Below, in pieces: positions 26,400 to 40,600 of a stretch of DNA of 64,000 nucleotides. The stretch's first letter is position 1, and each line of letters starts with the position of its first letter. Source of the stretch: Gordius albopunctatus. Its lineage: Eukaryota. The notes under the pieces are model-generated. The model saw nothing but the letters and a program-made list of their open reading frames with translations, ran no database searches and was not told where the DNA came from. A program made the translations under genes and the position numbers. Location: the NCBI GenBank assembly GCA_964276515.1, contig OZ193909.1:8680001-8744000 (forward strand). Direction: 5' to 3'.

Positions 26400-29255
26400 A
26401 TCGCGTAAGTGCCATGTCTTGATTAATCTTCTTAGTTTTCATAAATTTGTCGTCCTCTTCATCTCTTGCCCGGTACCTTCATATCCACTACTTTTAGATT
26501 TGCAGCATTCGTATCCATTCTTAGTATATGCCCATACCACCGTAGCCGATTTTCATTAGTCATGAAACCCGTCTGTTGAATACCCATTTTTGTCATAAGA
26601 AAGTCATTCGTCATATGGTCGAGCTTAGTATACCCCAAGCTCCACCGTATCATTCTCATCTCTGTGGCTTGTAATAGCTTTCCTTCCGTGGTGTTTAATG
26701 CCCATGTTTCCCTTCCATAGAGTAACACCGATCTTACGATGGATTTGTAAGCTTTGCACATCAACCATATTGGCATTTTCTTGTCGCACGTTACACAGGA
26801 TATGCTTCGCCATTTCAGTTATCCTTTTTGGATCCCGGCATTGACTTCCGTTGCGCAACCTCCCTCTTGAAGTAGCATCAAGCCTATGTATGGAAGCCTG
26901 TCTACTTTTGGGTACTTTAGATTGTAATCCAGCGATGGGCAGCCTGTACCGTTCATTTCGATGTATGCCTTTTTTCGAACGCTTACTTTTAAACCATATC
27001 CAGCTAAGCGCTTTGACCACTTTTCGGCTTCTTCGAATCTCCCTTGTTTCCTCCCATAGTACTATATCATCGGCATATAGCATACACTATGGCGATGGCT
27101 TTTAAATGTCTCTTGTTATCGTGTCTATAATTATATTAAATAAAAAGGGATTTAAAGCATAACCTTGATGTAACCCAATTTTGTCAGGAATATTTTGATT
27201 TCTCAGGCACCACCATATTAAATCGCGACGGATCGTGTCATAAGCTTTCTACAAGTTGATAAAGACCATATGTAGGTGTTTCCTCATTTCACCATACTTA
27301 TCCATCATTTGTCTTAGTGCGAAGATTGGGTCGATTGTGGATTTGCCGGCCACAAATCCGAATTGGTTAGCCGATTGTTATTGTTACTAAGATCCTTTCC
27401 ATAAGCTTCAAGGAGTGGACTGTGGAAAGTTAGCTTGATACTTTGTAATTGCCACAGTACTGAGGGTCTGCCTTTAAATAGAGGTATAATCGTGCTTGCT
27501 CTCCATTGATTAGGAACCAATATCTTGTTAGGGGGTTCGTCCAGGTGGTAACCCCTTCTTCAGGACATCCGAGCAATGCTTCCATACGTATTCCATCTTG
27601 GCCATTTGCTTTCCCATTTTGCATCTTGTTCATTTGTGTCCTAACTTCTTCCTCCTGAAAGAGTTTGACCATACTTATATTTACCTCAATATCGGGAAGG
27701 GAATCCTTGTCATTTGCAATATTCATACGGTTCTTAAAATATCCTTTCCATCACTTCCTTTGGCTTGAATATGAATAAGATTTGACCCTTCTCGTTTTTG
27801 ATTATTTTAAGAACTCTGATATCGCGACTTTTCTTCTCCCTTATCTCCGCCAATTTGTACATAAGCCTATCGCCCCTTTATGATCCAGTTTCTTTGCCAT
27901 CTCGGTGTACGCGGCATTCTTTGCTATTGCAATGGCTTTTTTTGCGGCTCTCTTTGTTTCCCTATACTCTTGATAATCCTCCGACTTTTTTGATTTATGC
28001 CACAGTCTATATAGATTATTCTTAATTTTGATGAAATCCCAAACTGATTGATCCCACCACCATAATTCCTTGTTCATAGCTTTACCTCCTTTGGTCTATG
28101 CTATAACACACATCGTTTTTTCCTTCATGTCCTTAGATAGCGTCTCCCAATTGTCGTCTACGTCGCTTTGCAACTTCCTTGCACCCAAGAGTGAGGGGGC
28201 TTTTTTATGTTATTCTTCATTCGTCGACTTATCCTTTAGCCTTTCTTATCGAATTCGAGGTTCATATACCTTTCTTCTTTCGGGAAATACTCTTCTGTCA
28301 AGACCCAAAACAAGGGGACGATGTTGCCTGGCGATTTCTTCTCCCGGTATTACTTTGCAATCCTTGATAATCCATAAGTTCTTTTGCCGTATAAGCAAAT
28401 AGTCAATTTGACTAAAATGCTTCCCACTTCTATAGGTCACAATATGATTTTCGCGTTTTTGAAAATAGGTTCTAACGATCGCCATGCCATATGCTTGGGA
28501 TACTTGGAGAAGTTTTTCCCCTTTTTTGTTTCTGAGACCATCCCCATAGCCTCCATGATTGCGTTCATACCTGAGGCGATCTTTTCCTACGTGAGCGTTA
28601 AAGACCGCCCCATTAATAAGCCTTTCTTCCTGTCCAATTCCTTGTATTTCCTTTTCCAATAAATCGAAGAATATGTCTTTCTCTGATTCCATACACCCAA
28701 TTTGGGGAGCATACACGCACATAACTGTTTGAATGCCCCCTTGATTTGCAATCTTCACCCACATTAGCCTGTCGGAACAACGCTTGACTTCTACCACCTT
28801 GTCCTTGAATGTTTTGCTTAGATCTATACCGACCCCGTTTTTAGGATTTGGTGACCCACTGTGGAAGAGTTTGTAGCCTTCTTCTGACTCCCGAGCTTTT
28901 GTTCCGTTCCACCTAGTCTCTTGTAGGCAGGCGATGTGTACCTTTCTTCTTTTTAGCATTTGTGCGACCTCGATGCTCTTCCCCGTCAACGTTCCCACGT
29001 TCCAGCACGTTATTTGCATTCTTTCCACAACTAATTTCCTTAACCGCCTTCGTTGTGAGTTGGGCAGTAACCCTAAAGTATTTTTCACATTTCACGGGCG
29101 AAGTATGCATTGCGCGGCGTTTGTGGAGGACGTCCTAGCTTTCTCATGTAAAATCTTGTTTGAAACTATCATGATTTTGGAGTTAGATTTTATAACAGGT
29201 TTCCGACCTGACGCCAACCCTCCACTTTTTTCACGTGAACTTGGGACCGTCGTAG
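26400..29255 (-). mobile_element. RTE-clade LINE, near full length but degenerate (APE + RT)
   Basis: APE motifs CWNVGTL, ACLQETRW, VYAPQ and SQIDYLL. RT motifs MLYADDIVL, YKSIVRSVLLYG.ETW and RLRWYGHILR. Many frameshifts. Ends approximate. Confidence 0.9.
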
Positions 29256-31122
29256 GTAGTGTTTATTCATATATAATACTTATTAAAAAAATTAAAAACA
29301 AATTTTACAAGTTGTCTTTTCTTCGAGTTTATTATAATAATATCACTACTTTTTCATTTCATATCAATAAACTAAAAGTTTTAAAATGGTGGGAAAAACA
29401 AGAAGTCAAGTAATTTTATTAAAAACTTGTTAATTTTAAAGGGTTTCAAAGTTTATTTGCCATATATGGTTTTATGTAGCCCGACTACAAGTGCCACTAG
29501 TAAAAGAAATTTTTTCCTGTAGGTCGCTTTTAAAAGATAGAAGAACTCGTCCCACCGGATTTTATTGAGAATTTATTATTTTTACATAATTATTAAAACA
29601 ACTAACATATATGAATTGTTTATCATTTCGGGGGAAAAATTTAAATTTAAAAAGAAAAAAAGAAAATTTATACGAACCAGGACCGGGCTTGAGCTTTTGG
29701 GATATAAAGCGAGCCGAGCTCGGGCCTATGATTTAAGGCCCATTGCAGGTCTCTAGTCAGCAGCAAGACGAATACGATTGTATAAATGTCGAAATTAATA
29801 ACGCAGAAAATGTGTTATTTATTCTCCTTTAACAATGTGGTGACAACGCTTAAAATAGAACTTATTATTTTGAATTAATAATTTAATCATATTATTGCTT
29901 AAGACAAGATGAAAAACATTTCTACATAACCCGATTAGAAAAATCACTTTAGCAAATTGAATCATTAATTTATGTTTTTTAAGAACTTTATGTACATAAG
30001 TAAGCTCAAGTTTAGATCATGTAAATTATCGACATATAGAGATTTATATTTAAAACATTAAAGTATGGATATTGGCTAGCTTAAAAAGTATATTTTAGCC
30101 TATATAACAAGCATTTAAGAATTATTTTACAATAATGGTTTCAATTATATACAATCATACATAGAGTTTGATTGTTACCGCCTAAATAACAAAATGTGTT
30201 TAAGATGAAACAATTTAAAACTTGGTTAACTTTAATTCTTATAAATTATGATCTTATTCAACAAAATTCATAATAAAGAGTAAGCCACATATCTAATGCA
30301 CCAATTAATTTTTAGTTAAAATTGTAGTAAAATTTTAGCCATCTTACCTGTTTTCAGAGCTCTCACAATGCCTTAAAATTAGATTAATATGTCTCCAAAA
30401 TTATTTTGACTACTCTAGAAATTAGTGGGAGAATCATTATTAAGATGTTAACTAAGGACATTCAGTTCGTTTAAGATCTTGTCCCTATATTTTTTATTAC
30501 GCGATTTTAGATATAACTTATTTTTCTTTAAATTATTGTTTTCATTGTTTAAATTACATATAACATGAAAAATTGATAAGGTGTTTTTGATCTATAGTAT
30601 ATATGGCCAATATGTATATAATCCAACTTTAATTTAGTTAATAAGCTAGAGTCTTGCACGCAGGTTTTCTTTCAAAGAAGAGATATGGAAGAAATACCTA
30701 CCAGATTGTCCAAAATAGCCACTAAAAATTCAGTAAAACTAACATCAAGCTTGTTGATTATTTAGGTTATTTTCTCAAGTCCGGCAGGGGATATTTCAGA
30801 CAATTCGGGAGTTTAACCCCCCCTCCCTCCTATTAGAAATAAACCCTAATCATACCTAATTATGACACTTGTTGCATATAGGATGGTAACTAGATGAACT
30901 TTAACACCTACAACAGATTATTTAGTCACTAATTAAGCTATTCTTAATATATTTAATATTCAAATTTGCTTTTGACATAAAACTTGTCAAAACCCCTTAG
31001 TTTTAAATATTCTTATTGAAGTCTTAACACTCAAGATAACGCGAATTTTAAATTCTGATTTCTCCATCAAACTATAAATAAATGTATTTTTGTATTTTTT
31101 CTAGGAAACCTCCTGATTTATA

Positions 31123-31614
31123 ATGCCGCCATATCAAGCATATCGTCCGCAAGCTAAAGGCAAACCCAAGGCGCCGCCTAAAGTAAACCCTAAAATACCA
31201 AACAGAGATGTTAACGTGATTATTCCAACAATGTTGATGGACTCATTAGCCATGCTCGGCATATTAACGCTAACTGCCATATTTATATTATGCATAGCAA
31301 AAGCGGCGCTATGGCTAAACGACTACTTACACAAACGAAATAGTGGTAGTGTTCCTTATACTTATTCTCCCCTCGAAAAATCTATTCCACCTACACCGGC
31401 TTCCTCTGGAAGGTCAGAGACAAAAGATAAAACGAAAGAAAAGGATAAAAAAGATAGTAAAAAGTCTAAAAGAAAGAAAGGAAGTTTAGAAAAAGGGAAA
31501 AAGGGTAAACGTGATAGCAAAAAGGAAGATAAACCAAAAAAATCAATTAAAGGAGACAAAAAGAGTTCAGAAGACATTAGAGTTAGTCAGGGTTCTATAA
31601 CTAGGAAAAAGTAA
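31123..31614 (+). CDS. Orphan 163-aa single-pass membrane protein with Lys-rich C-terminal tail
   Basis: Clean ORF downstream of a TTTTTCTAG acceptor at about 31104. Hydrophobic stretch LAMLGILTLTAIFILCIAKAALWL, then YTYSPL and a K/D/E/S-rich tail. Confidence 0.55.
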   Translation: MPPYQAYRPQAKGKPKAPPKVNPKIPNRDVNVIIPTMLMDSLAMLGILTLTAIFILCIAKAALWLNDYLHKRNSGSVPYTYSPLEKSIPPTPASSGRSETKDKTKEKDKKDSKKSKRKKGSLEKGKKGKRDSKKEDKPKKSIKGDKKSSEDIRVSQGSITRKK

Positions 31615-31929
31615 AGAAATTCGGCTGAAAATATAACTATTATATAATTATGTATGCCATAATCCTTAATGGGTAGTCATTGTAAAACAACTGTAGTAAA
31701 GCTTGATATTGTGTATATTTCAAATTTGCATTAACTATATCTTGATTTACGATTATAAGATTACTTGAATAATGATTCTTCTATAAGGGCAATACTATAC
31801 TATCAGAATTCAATTTTATAGGATATTGGTTTGGCATGTTTTATATGTTAGAAGCCGGTTCTTTATTAAAGAGATTTGGAGATAGAGATAATATCCTATT
31901 GGTCAATTTGGACACTTAAATAAGTCCCA

Positions 31930-32800
31930 TTCGAAGGACAGGTCCAGGAGCTTTTTAAATGTCTAAGGTTAAAAGGTTCTGCTGCATTAGACGTTCTTTA
32001 TAAGTTTTCTGTAAAAAAAGTAAAGGGTAGGTGAAACAAAATACTAAATGCGAATTCTCAGGTAGATCGTAAGCTTGATGTATTCGGATGATTGTCTGCA
32101 GATCAACGGGGCTTCAAAAACTCTCCTGATTGTTCGCCAATTATGCCGTCTTTATAATTAGAATGCATAATAAAAAATTTAAATATGTTAAAAATAAAAT
32201 TGTACCTTTATTTCCTATGCCATTAACATAGTTTTTTATAGTAATTTACATTTAATAGTCTACGGACAGGGTAACTTATTAACAATTTATTTAATTTTAA
32301 ACTGATGTGCATGCCCGCTAAATTTAACATTTTTTTGATAAAGTTACCAAAGCTGTTGCTAAGGGATGAAATACCTGAGTTACATTGGTGTACTTTAGGT
32401 CTATATAAAGTAAATATAGAACAAATTTGGCACATCAAATGAATCAGAAATGTGGGTGTGCATCAATGTGTTCGACACTAAGTCCATTGCTCTTAATAGG
32501 AATTATGGATTGGATAGCCAAGACCTGAAGCGAGATTCAGTGCTGAGCTTATCAAAAATTGAGTTGGCAAAGTAATTAAAAGTGGGAATGGGACAGATTG
32601 AAATCAATGGCCTTGGAGTCAACCGGGGTAAAGAGGAACTGTTTGGCCAATCGTGTCAAAAAAGTACAAGTCGAAAATAGGTGAAATAAAAGAGACTAAG
32701 CTTACATGGAACATAAAATTCATTGGACTTGAAAAGGTAAGCGAAGCTGGTGTGAGTTCACGTGTACACTGAAAAACTAATTGAAAGACCTGACTACCAA
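31930..32800 (+). mobile_element. Highly decayed non-LTR RT fragments
   Basis: Remnants LSADQRGFKNSPDC (about 32090-32135) and VHQ..LSPLLLIGIMDWIA (about 32457-32520) resemble RT motifs. Confidence 0.4.
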
Positions 32801-33411
32801 GTGTGACGAGCTGTTATAGGAAAAAATAAAATATTTTAACATTAATTTTTAAATTTAATAAATAATTTTCTAATTGTATAAAGAAGATCCATTAAAATAT
32901 ATGTTTCAATGAGAGTATTGCTCCGATTTTATATCCAGCAGCTTTATAATGACAATCCTACACAAACCAATTGTTTTTTTTGTGGAAAAATACACGTAAC
33001 ACCCTGAATAAAATCGGTAACAATAAGGTACTCAGCCATAACTAAGCGCCAGGATTTTCCATAACTGATTGTTCTGTTTGTGGTAAGATGCCCATAATAT
33101 ATGAATTCCTTGGAATTCAAGATTAAGTGTAAAAAGCAAAAAAGTTAGCCATTTGTAAATCCAAAATTTCGCAGGAATGTTAATATTTTGTTATATTTTA
33201 AAGTTTATTAGGACGCATACCAAATATGAGACCTTGTTGTTACCGCAATTCAGATCAAAATTTTCATAACTTCGGATTATATCTTGTAAGTGAAGGGAGT
33301 AATGCAGATATGGAATTTAAGTTGTTTCGGTTCAGGGTTTACATCCAAATTTATTATATCACCAAGACCATAAAATATATAATCGAATACTGTTTAGTTC
33401 AGGGTTTATTA

Positions 33412-35213
33412 TTAATTGCTATGCAATTTATGGGCTCGTTTTTGGTTGTCCGTCCGTCCGTCCGTCCGTCTACCAAGTTATTTACACCAGCTTCCCGACC
33501 TGGAGGTTGTGGGTTCGAGACCCGGAGAGGACAAAATTTTTTTTTTTTTTTAAATTAAATTAATATTTTTTTCTTGTTAATACCATTGATAATATGACTT
33601 TTTGACCGTCCGCAGGCTACTGACCAATGAAAAAATGACCACTGGCCAGATAAATCGAAATTTTTAATTTTTCGTTTTTGAATAGTTTAACATTGATAAT
33701 TACCTTATGCCGTCCCCTACAAGGGCCTATGGCTCTATTTATATGGTTCCCTGTTCCCCTCTAAAGGGTTATGCCTCTATTTAATGTGGGTTTGAATCCC
33801 GGCGAACGTTCTAAATTGATGGTTCGAGACCCGGAGAGGACAAAAATTTTTATTTTTTTTTTAAATTAAATTAATATATTGTTCTTGTTAATACCATTGA
33901 TAATAAGACTTTTTGGCCGTCCGCTGGCTGCTGACCAATGAAAAAAATGACCATTGGCCAAAATGTGTATCCGAGTTTATTTTTTCGTTTTTTTTGAATA
34001 TTATGATTGTTCCTGTTCCTACCATTGCTATTATGACTTTTTGGCCGTCCGCTGGCTGCTGACCAATGGAATAAAATGACCATTGGCCAAAATGTGATTC
34101 GAAAATTTTTTTTTCGTTTTTTTTTGACTGTTATGAATTTATATCCACTTTTACCGTGTCCTGGCTGCTGACCAATGGAAAAAAATGACCATTGGCCAAA
34201 ATGTGAATCGAAATTATTTTTTCCGTTTTTTTTGACTATTATGATTGTTCCTGTTCCTACTATTGCTATTATGACTTTTTGGCCGTCCGCTGGCTGCTGA
34301 CCAATGGAATAAAATGACCATTGGCCAAAATGTGATTCGAAAACTTTTTTTTCGTTTTTTTTTACTGTTATGAATTTATATCCACTTTTACCGTGTCCTG
34401 GCTGCTGACCAATGGAAAAAAATGACCATTGGCCAAAATGTGTATCCGAGTTTATTTTTTCGTTTTTTTTGAATATTATGATTGTTCCTGTTCCTACCAT
34501 TGCTATTATGACTTTTTGGCCGTCCGCTGGCTGCTGACCAATGGAATAAAATGACCATTGGCCAAAATGTGATTCGAAAATTTTTTTTTCGTTTTTTTTT
34601 GACTGTTATGAATTTATATCCACTTTTACCGTGTCCTGGCTGCTGACCAATGGAAAAAATGACCATTGGCCAAAATGTGAATCGAAATTATTTTTTCCGT
34701 TTTTTTGACTATTATGATTGTTCCTGTTCCTACCATTGCTATTATGACTTTTGGCCGTCCGCTGGCTGCTGACCAATGGAATAAAATAACCATTGGCCAA
34801 AATGTGATTCGAAAACTTTTTTTCGTTTTTTTTGACTATTATGAATTTATATCCACTTTTACCGTGTCCTGGCTGCTGACCAATGGAAAAAATGACCTTT
34901 GGCCAAAATGTTATTCGAAAATTTTTTTTTCGTTTTTTTTGACTATTATGATTGTTCCTGTTCCTACCATTGCTATTATGACTTTTTGGTAATACAACTC
35001 CCGTCTTCGCTCCCTCTCTCCCCCTTTATGATATTTGGCATATACACTTATTTAGTGCTTCCAACCTTCGTTTTGCAATATTCACGTAAGTATTTCCATA
35101 AATTGCATAGCAAATATGATACATTTATACGGAGTGTAGATGAGTTCCCCCTTCCTTCCCCTCCTCCCCTTCCCCCTTCCCTCCCCTTCCCACGAGGGCC
35201 GAAGGCCCGAGTT
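33412..35213 (+). mobile_element. DINE-1/HINE-like non-autonomous Helentron-type element with central tandem array
   Basis: Perfect 18-bp subterminal inverted repeat TTGCTATGCAATTTATGG (33416-33433) / CCATAAATTGCATAGCAA (35096-35113). (GTCC)n at about 33448-33470, central tandem repeats, and 3' stem-loop GGGCCGAAGGCCC (35196-35208). Confidence 0.8.
33900..34990. repeat. Tandem array of nine monomers (about 108/128 bp) with higher-order structure
   Basis: CTGACCAATG recurs near 33931, 34059, 34167, 34297, 34405, 34534, 34643, 34769 and 34876, with alternating spacing. Confidence 0.9.
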
Positions 35214-35897
35214 ATATATTACATTTATCGAATCCTCGAGACCAAGACAATAATAAAAAAATCGAGTATATTCCTATATTTATGAGACCAAAACAATAAT
35301 CGTTACAATCGAGTATATTCCAGTATTTACGAGACAAGGACAATAATCGAATCCATCAATATATATATATGTGTGTGTGTGTGTTGTCTTCCCTCGTCTC
35401 CCCCTTTTTTTAATCACTTCATATGTCTATATCCTTCGGTCATATTATTTGTTTTTACTTTATTCTACGCACCCGCCTTTGTTTGTTTTTACTTTATTCT
35501 CCACACCCGCCTTTGTGCCGATACGTGTCGTTGACTAAAGTCGTCGACTAAACACAACAGAGCTTAGATCAGAAATTTCTAAAAAAATAAATTAGAATTT
35601 TTAAAGGTCTTTTAATTCATTAAAAAAATTAATTCGAGATTCGTCGAACATTAAAAAAGAGGTTCTAATTCGATTCCAATATATTTCAGGTTTCTTTAAT
35701 TACTAAAAATAGCATTAATTTATTAATACATTGGAAAAACTTCGTCATATTAATACAAAGATTGATTATGAAAATAATGACCACTGGGCAAAGTGTGAAT
35801 CGAGAATTTTTTATCTATAATTTGCCCTTATATGATTATTATAGGCTATTAGGCTGAACTTGAGAGCATTTAATGCCTGTGGTGATAGGTGTAGATT

Positions 35898-36103
35898 AAT
35901 GGGTGTAAAAACGGCTTGGTTTTGTTTTGTCGACCTTTGGGTTTGGGTCGAACTAAACATAAAAAGACCAAATATTTTTGTTCTAATTTTCTTAGTTGAC
36001 CTCCAAGCTTAGTCGAAATTTGTAAAAACAGACAATAGTCGACCGTTAGTCTTAGTTGAACCAAAGGTCGACAAAACAAAACCCAGCCGTTCTTACAACA
36101 CTA
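35898..36103. mobile_element. Small MITE with about 45-bp terminal inverted repeats
   Basis: GTAAAAACGGCTTGGTTTTGTTTTGTCGACCTTTGG at the left pairs with CCAAAGGTCGACAAAACAAAACCCAGCCGTTCTTAC at the right. Confidence 0.6.
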
Positions 36104-36409
36104 GTATATATTAACATTTAAGGTTCTAAATTTGTAGTTATTAACACCTGCTTAGGCAAATTTAGAGTCCTGCACTTGGTGTTATTGTTATGCCGGTCCA
36201 AAGAATAATGTTTTCAAGCCCCTGTAAATGAGAAAAAACATTAAATTTCGATAAATGATTTTTTTGCAACGATTGAATCATTATAATTTTAAATTCAATA
36301 TGAAATTTCTTTGCTTTGAAGTTAAAAAAATTTTTTAAGATATAATTTGAGAAGCCAGATCATTTTAGTAAAATCGAAGATGCAGAAATCTTCAAACACC
36401 CCCCCTCCC

Positions 36410-36800
36410 TCTTTACAAGGGCCTATGCCTAGAACCCTACAAAATGAAATTTCTTCGACCCGAGCCAGTAATACATGTAAAATAAGGGTGGAACTATAAA
36501 TATAGAAAATTTGGCATTTATTGAGGAAAAATATTAATATGAAAATATTGTATGCAAAAAAACAAATACAACGTTGTAAGAGTATTATCTGACTCCCTGC
36601 TTGACCATTACCCCCTCCCCCCTCATAGGCATTCTCGACCATTCCCCTCTATCTTGCCCATAAATTTCATAGCAAGTTCTACGTTTATACGGAGTATAGT
36701 TTTGTAAAGACAATACCCCAAAACTAGGCGAATACTAAAACGAAAAAACCAACCCCGAGCCAGACCCTTAGCCACCCCACCAGGGCGAAACACCTAGTTT
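36410..36800 (+). mobile_element. Diverged 3' fragment of the DINE/HINE-like family
   Basis: CCCATAAATTTCATAGCAA..TACGTTTATACGGAGTATAG (about 36657-36700) matches the 3' subTIR region of 33412-35213. Confidence 0.55.
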
Positions 36801-37635
36801 TGTATATTTAATGATTTAAACTTTATTGCTTCAACAATACATTGCAAAATTCAAAAAACCGATTTGTATGCCCAACTGCGTTAATTCAAAATCGTATAAT
36901 TGCTAAAATATATTTTTTATCTTAAAAACAAATAGTATGTCTGTACCAATAAATATCCAAACTTTGGAAAATAATAAATATATTAATTATAAAAAATCGC
37001 AAAAATAGTGCACAGAAAAACGATCTGAAACTTCTTTTTTTAACAAAACATATAGACTAAAAATTATGCCTAAATCAGAGGATAGGGTAAATAAGCTAAA
37101 GTTACGTCATTTTTTTAAAACTAAAAATTACTCCGAAGTTACTTTTTAAGTTATTTTTGCCCTTTTTGTAACAATTAACACTTTAATTAAGTCAAAAATC
37201 ATTGAAAATTTTATAATTATTTAAACAAAAAGGGTAATAAGTCATTAAACGCACTTATTTACCACGTAACTTCATTTCCCTACACCGGCAACTGTTATTA
37301 TTATTATTGATAAATTGTAAAAAAATGGATACACAAAAATATCTAGCAGCCTAGGGCAATCAAATGCGATCAATACTTTAAAGGACAAGGATTCTCTCTA
37401 AACAGAAAATAAAGTTCTGTATCTGTTTAGTTTTTTAACATTTCTGCTTGCTTATAGATAGAGTTCCACCATCTCCTAACCCGCTTGCCGAGCAAACAGC
37501 AAATCGATTATTGTTTTTCAGCACATCTGTTGGATTTTGTTAAAAATCTGAATTCCGAGCTACGTTGATACTTTTCAAATATTTGTCGAAAAGACTTTCT
37601 TACAATCCGTTTATCATTCTACACATTCTAAAAAC

Positions 37636-40600
37636 ATGGTAATAAATGACTTTATATTTTGATTAAAAAAATAATTTTATGCATTCAAATTTTATATTAA
37701 CCTGGTATTTTCATTATTGTGTTAAATAGACGGACTTAGGTTTCGACTCCGCTCAAGTTGCAGGTAATCGCTAACACTAATTTTTTAATTGCAAAATTTT
37801 TGTTTATTAACTTTAGATTTTGTTAATTTTATTTTATAAATTTTAACAATTAATAAGTTATTTTTGGTAATATATTAAGCAAATTTAACTATTTGCAAAA
37901 AAGTAATAAATTTAAATTAGTCATTGTGATAAATATTATTGATTGGGTAACACCATGGTATCGATCTTATATTGTTAAAAATTTAGAAATAAAAATGGTG
38001 CTATTTATTGATAGCCAAATTTTCAATGGAATTTGCAGATATTTTACCTTTAATCAACAATAAATCTTTATAAACACCTGCTAACTTTTCTATAATGTAT
38101 GGCAGAATATAAAAAAGCATTCAGTCAATTTGATAAAGAGGGAAAAAACGAAATTCCAACCAGCAATTTAGCTATGGTTCTTAAGATATTAGGACATTCA
38201 TTTGCACCGTCCGATTTAAGAGAGATGATAAAAGAAGCAGACCCCGGAAGTAACCTTTTGAAACATAAATTTTTGTTTTTAAAAGTTAACCGCTAATTTA
38301 TTAGAATCCGTTTTAAGTTTATACTATATTGCGAAGTCTTCTTGATTTTATAAAATGTCGAACAAATATATAGCTGTTATAACTTCACACATCTAGGCAA
38401 ATTTTTTGTCTTTTTATTTAAATTTAAATTCAATTATATAGGTAGCGGGAAATTAGATTTTGATGATTTCTGCATGATTATTGCCAAATGGGTCTTAGAT
38501 CAAGATACGGGAGCTGAAGATGAATTGCGAGAGGCTTTTCGGCTATATGATAAAGGTTTATATTATCCCTCAAATTTTTATCAGATAACGATATTAAACA
38601 TTTGATTGAATGCATGCTTTAATGGGAGGCCAGCATTGGAATTAGAGGGGGGCAATAATGATTTAGGGAGGGGAAAAATGTTCATTTGTTGAAATTTTAG
38701 CCATAATTTATAAATTTAAATAAAGTTTTGGATTTAGAGGGGGCAGCCGCCCCTCCCTGTCTCCCTTGGCTACTTTTGCTGTTATTAATATTCTGCATAC
38801 TTTGACTTTTATACATTGGCATTTGGTGTTTACTAATGTTAGACAAATATAAAATTAAGCAAATTAATTAGTTGGACATGATTTATAAAAATAACTTTTG
38901 TAAATTTTGCTACAATTAATACCAAGTTAAAAAAATTGTCTATTTTACTATATATTGTATTTAAAAAACGTACGTTGTTATTATATTGATTATATTAGCT
39001 AAATTTTAAGCAAACAGATCCTTATTAAAATACACATATCAGCTGGAGGTAAAAATTGCTCCAACATGGTAGAATTAATTTTTTTTTGAATTTGCATTAT
39101 ATGCATATAAACCATGTGGACTCTCTTCTTGGGGGGGGGGGAGGTTCTCTTTACCTTTAAAAAAATCTAATCAATAAAATCTGTTTGTAATTCGTGCCCA
39201 ATCACTTCGCATCGCGTCACTTATGAAATCAGAGAAAAGGATGAATAAAACTTTACTGTTAAATAAATTTAAAACAACCATATTATAAGTTTATGGGTCT
39301 TCAATTACTTGTTAAATTTTGTATTAATATTGTTGGGTAAATTAATTATTATTTGATTAAAAGATTTATATTGAACTATAAAGGCTAGAGCAACTTTAAA
39401 AAAAAACTACAAGTTAATTTAAACTAATATTCTTAACACGCTGCTATTATCTCATATTTTTATTGTAATTCTACATATTTGAATTGCAATAACTGAAACT
39501 CTTTGCTGTAATATCAATACTTTGTTAATACCAATGGGCGTAGCGAGCATTAGAATTAGAGGGGGGCAATAATGATTTAGGGAGGGGCAGAATCAACATT
39601 TTTTGAAATTTTAGCCATAATTTTAATAAATTTCTACAAATATTTGGATTCAGAGGGGAGACAGCCCCCTACCCCCCCCCCTTGGCTACGCCCATGTTAA
39701 TACTCATTAAATAAAAATTAAATAACACACTTTGCATAGCGTGCTGAAATGGCAAACCCCTTAATCTTCGCTACCTGAAAAATTGAAATGCTCTATCTGC
39801 ACAAAACTCCGAATGTGAAATATTGAATTAAATTTTTAATGCTACAAATCCTAACAGAGTTATTCATATGATGTGAAATTAGTTTGGTAATTTGAACTAT
39901 AAGCATCTTTAATACTTTAGCAAAAAAAAAGAATTTTTCTTTATTTTTTAATATGTAAAATGGATTATTAAATTTGAGATGAGAGCTAAGTTTTAAATAT
40001 TTTTCGTTTTTCTTTAGCAACATTGCTCTATCTGCATTTTCAACAGCAAGTTATGAGGTTCTGTAGACATTAAAGACAAATTAATGGCTTAAAACAATAA
40101 CATTAATATAATTATGATAATTATGTAACTTTTTTTATAATGAATATATTACTATAAAAGATTACATGAAAAATAATTATTGTAAAGTGGGAGTGTTTTC
40201 CCGATTAAATTTATAATAAGTTAAATTATTATAATTCAAAATATTTTAAGGGTGCAAATACATTTACGAATATTTTAAAACAACCCATTGATTTATATCC
40301 TTGATTTGCTAAATAGTTAACCGAACGCAATTTGCAATTACCACCCATTTACAAGATTGTTTAAATTGCCAAATTATAGGCACACAAATTTTAGACATTA
40401 ACTTTAATAGGGGAGACCGGCGCTATACGCGTCTCGGGACTATACATATCTTCTCGATTAATTTTAATGTTATTAATTTTTAACCAGTCACATTTTTTTT
40501 ACAAAATGTACTTTATAAAGGCCCATTTCAGGAATAAAAAATATTTGGGATAAATTAACCAGGGAAAAAATTAGAGAGAAATAAGGTTTTTTGGGGCTAA

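Noticed and set aside
12995..29756. One giant hAT element from GAGACCTGCA (about 12996) to TGCAGGTCTCTA (about 29755)
   Set aside because: The flanks show no 8-bp TSD; these are more likely ends of separate MITEs.
33871..34992. ORFs of 64-209 aa and a CRISPR-like look in the tandem array
   Set aside because: The ORFs are translations of the repeat. The inter-core segments are themselves repeated rather than unique spacers, and there are no cas genes.
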